A program made the position numbers and the translations under genes. Positions 63,271 through 64,000 of a stretch of 64,000 bases of DNA are shown here, piece after piece. Under the pieces are notes generated by a model. The model saw only the letters and a program-made list of their open reading frames with translations, ran no database searches and was not told the origin of the DNA. This DNA is from an uncultured Candidatus Saccharibacteria bacterium (GTDB lineage: Bacteria > Patescibacteriota > Saccharimonadia > Saccharimonadales > 2-12-FULL-41-12), in NCBI GenBank assembly GCA_964573095.1, contig CAZNIK010000002.1, positions 71,230 through 135,229 on the forward strand. Direction: 5' to 3'. Position 1 is the stretch's first letter. Every line of letters begins with the position of its first letter.

Positions 63271-63837
63271 GTGTTTCTAAAAGATCCCCGTATTTTTTCC
63301 GTCCTCCGCGAGCTAGGCTACCGTGCCACTCAAGAATTTAACCCTAGCAAAAAACAGATCGCCGCCTACAATTCAGAAACAAACACCACTTCGGATCGAA
63401 ACTGGGGACTGTTCGTATTAGAAAAATATGAATATCTCGTTGAGCCACTACGAATAAATTGCTCCAAAGACGACAAAGCAGAGATGCAAGCGACAGATGC
63501 GTCGCAGGACTGGGATGTACCAAGCTGGAAGCCGGTTGAATATTCTCTTCGGGTTGATGGCCAAAACGAGATAGTATTGAATTCCCGATTTACGGAGATT
63601 AAACGATACCGAGAGTATCCGTTTTTGGACCATATTTTATACAAAGAGCACAAAGAAGATCCCGACTATCGAGTGAGGTTTGGTTGTGAAGAAGAGATGG
63701 AAGAGATGGACAGTTTGGGATTCACGGTCATGTATCTGCCTCCAGACGAGAATTTGTACACGCTGTACCGAGACAATGAAGTGAACATTCTCCGAAAAGA
63801 CCTTGACGCTTCGGAGAACTCTCCACCACAAGACTAG
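63271..63837 (+). CDS. Hypothetical 188-codon ORF, same frame as 63082-63270
   Basis: The track starts it at the GTG immediately after the TGA. No SD within 5-10 nt, and no internal Met until codon 71. Confidence 0.5.
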   Translation: MFLKDPRIFSVLRELGYRATQEFNPSKKQIAAYNSETNTTSDRNWGLFVLEKYEYLVEPLRINCSKDDKAEMQATDASQDWDVPSWKPVEYSLRVDGQNEIVLNSRFTEIKRYREYPFLDHILYKEHKEDPDYRVRFGCEEEMEEMDSLGFTVMYLPPDENLYTLYRDNEVNILRKDLDASENSPPQD

Positions 63838-63854
63838 TGCGCTACAATGGTCAT

Positions 63855-64000
63855 ATGGCAATAATTGTTATGCTTGGCTGGTGGTATAGCCGTGGCTGGA
63901 TGTGGCTCATCAAAGACACCAAAAATGGCCTTGACTATATCGGCTCCACTTTTGCGGTTCGAGTGCTATTGAAGACTTGGCTTTCACCGTGGAAGCAAAT
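63855..64000 (+). CDS. Partial CDS (N-terminus only), hypothetical membrane-associated protein
   Basis: ATG at 63855 opens MAIIVMLGWWYSRGWMWLIKDTKNGLDYIGSTFAVRVLLKTWLSPWKQ..., which runs off the right edge. Not in the track because it has no stop. Confidence 0.5.
   Translation, partial: MAIIVMLGWWYSRGWMWLIKDTKNGLDYIGSTFAVRVLLKTWLSPWKQ

Noticed and set aside
61989-63837. Classical tRNA-integrated genomic island or prophage remnant
   Set aside because: No integrase or recombinase is present. I found no direct repeat of the tRNA 3' end by eye. The cluster lies on the 5' side of the tRNA, whereas integrative elements normally target the 3' end.

Overview
A gene-dense 64-kb window, mostly minus-strand. 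It looks like a reduced-genome Patescibacteria/CPR bacterium, most likely Saccharibacteria; that is an inference from gene content and protein sequences and cannot be verified here. I support about 73 CDS and one tRNA-Ser(CGA). I saw no rRNA, CRISPR array, transposase or integrase.

Housekeeping genes: ychF, an ABC-2 exporter pair, tlyA-efp, rpsF-ssb-rpsR, ftsK, rnj, a family-4 udg, pnp-rpsO, purA/guaB, truB, rpsT, holA, mutM, polA, dnaG-rpoD, orn, a VanY-type carboxypeptidase, msrB, mscL, argS, a SIS-type PGI/PMI, groES-groEL with a CIRCE operator, a murE-like ligase, tsaD and valS.

Main items worth a second look:
1. A stop-free ORF of at least 1213 codons for an exported protein on the minus strand (1-3641). 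The ORF track omits it because it runs off the left edge. It is coupled to a TPR-like membrane protein and sits next to another exported protein.
2. A 354-bp near-identical direct repeat (5105-5458 and 6450-6803). It leaves a terminator-bearing 3' fragment of an alpha/beta-hydrolase gene. The fragment abuts an AT-rich toxin-antitoxin islet (orphan HicB plus Phd/Doc), and the doc stop overlaps the ychF start.
3. A recurring promoter layout: TGnTAnnnT or a -35/-10 pair placed 6-10 nt before the ATG. It implies leaderless mRNAs for at least 12 genes and corrects several track start codons.
4. A three-ORF cluster beside tRNA-Ser, with a nuclease-like D...QxK motif and two same-frame ORFs separated by a single TGA.
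5. Conserved enzymes with lost cofactor or catalytic motifs: the DnaG zinc ribbon, UDG Fe-S cysteines, an NrnA-like protein without DHH, EF-P with Arg at the loop tip, and ValRS with HIGY.
6. A pair of genes, one with a kinase fold, between groESL and the murE-like gene.
7. Structured or long non-coding gaps at 37.41-37.66 kb and 49.63-49.97 kb.

All functional calls rest on motif recognition by eye. No database search was possible.
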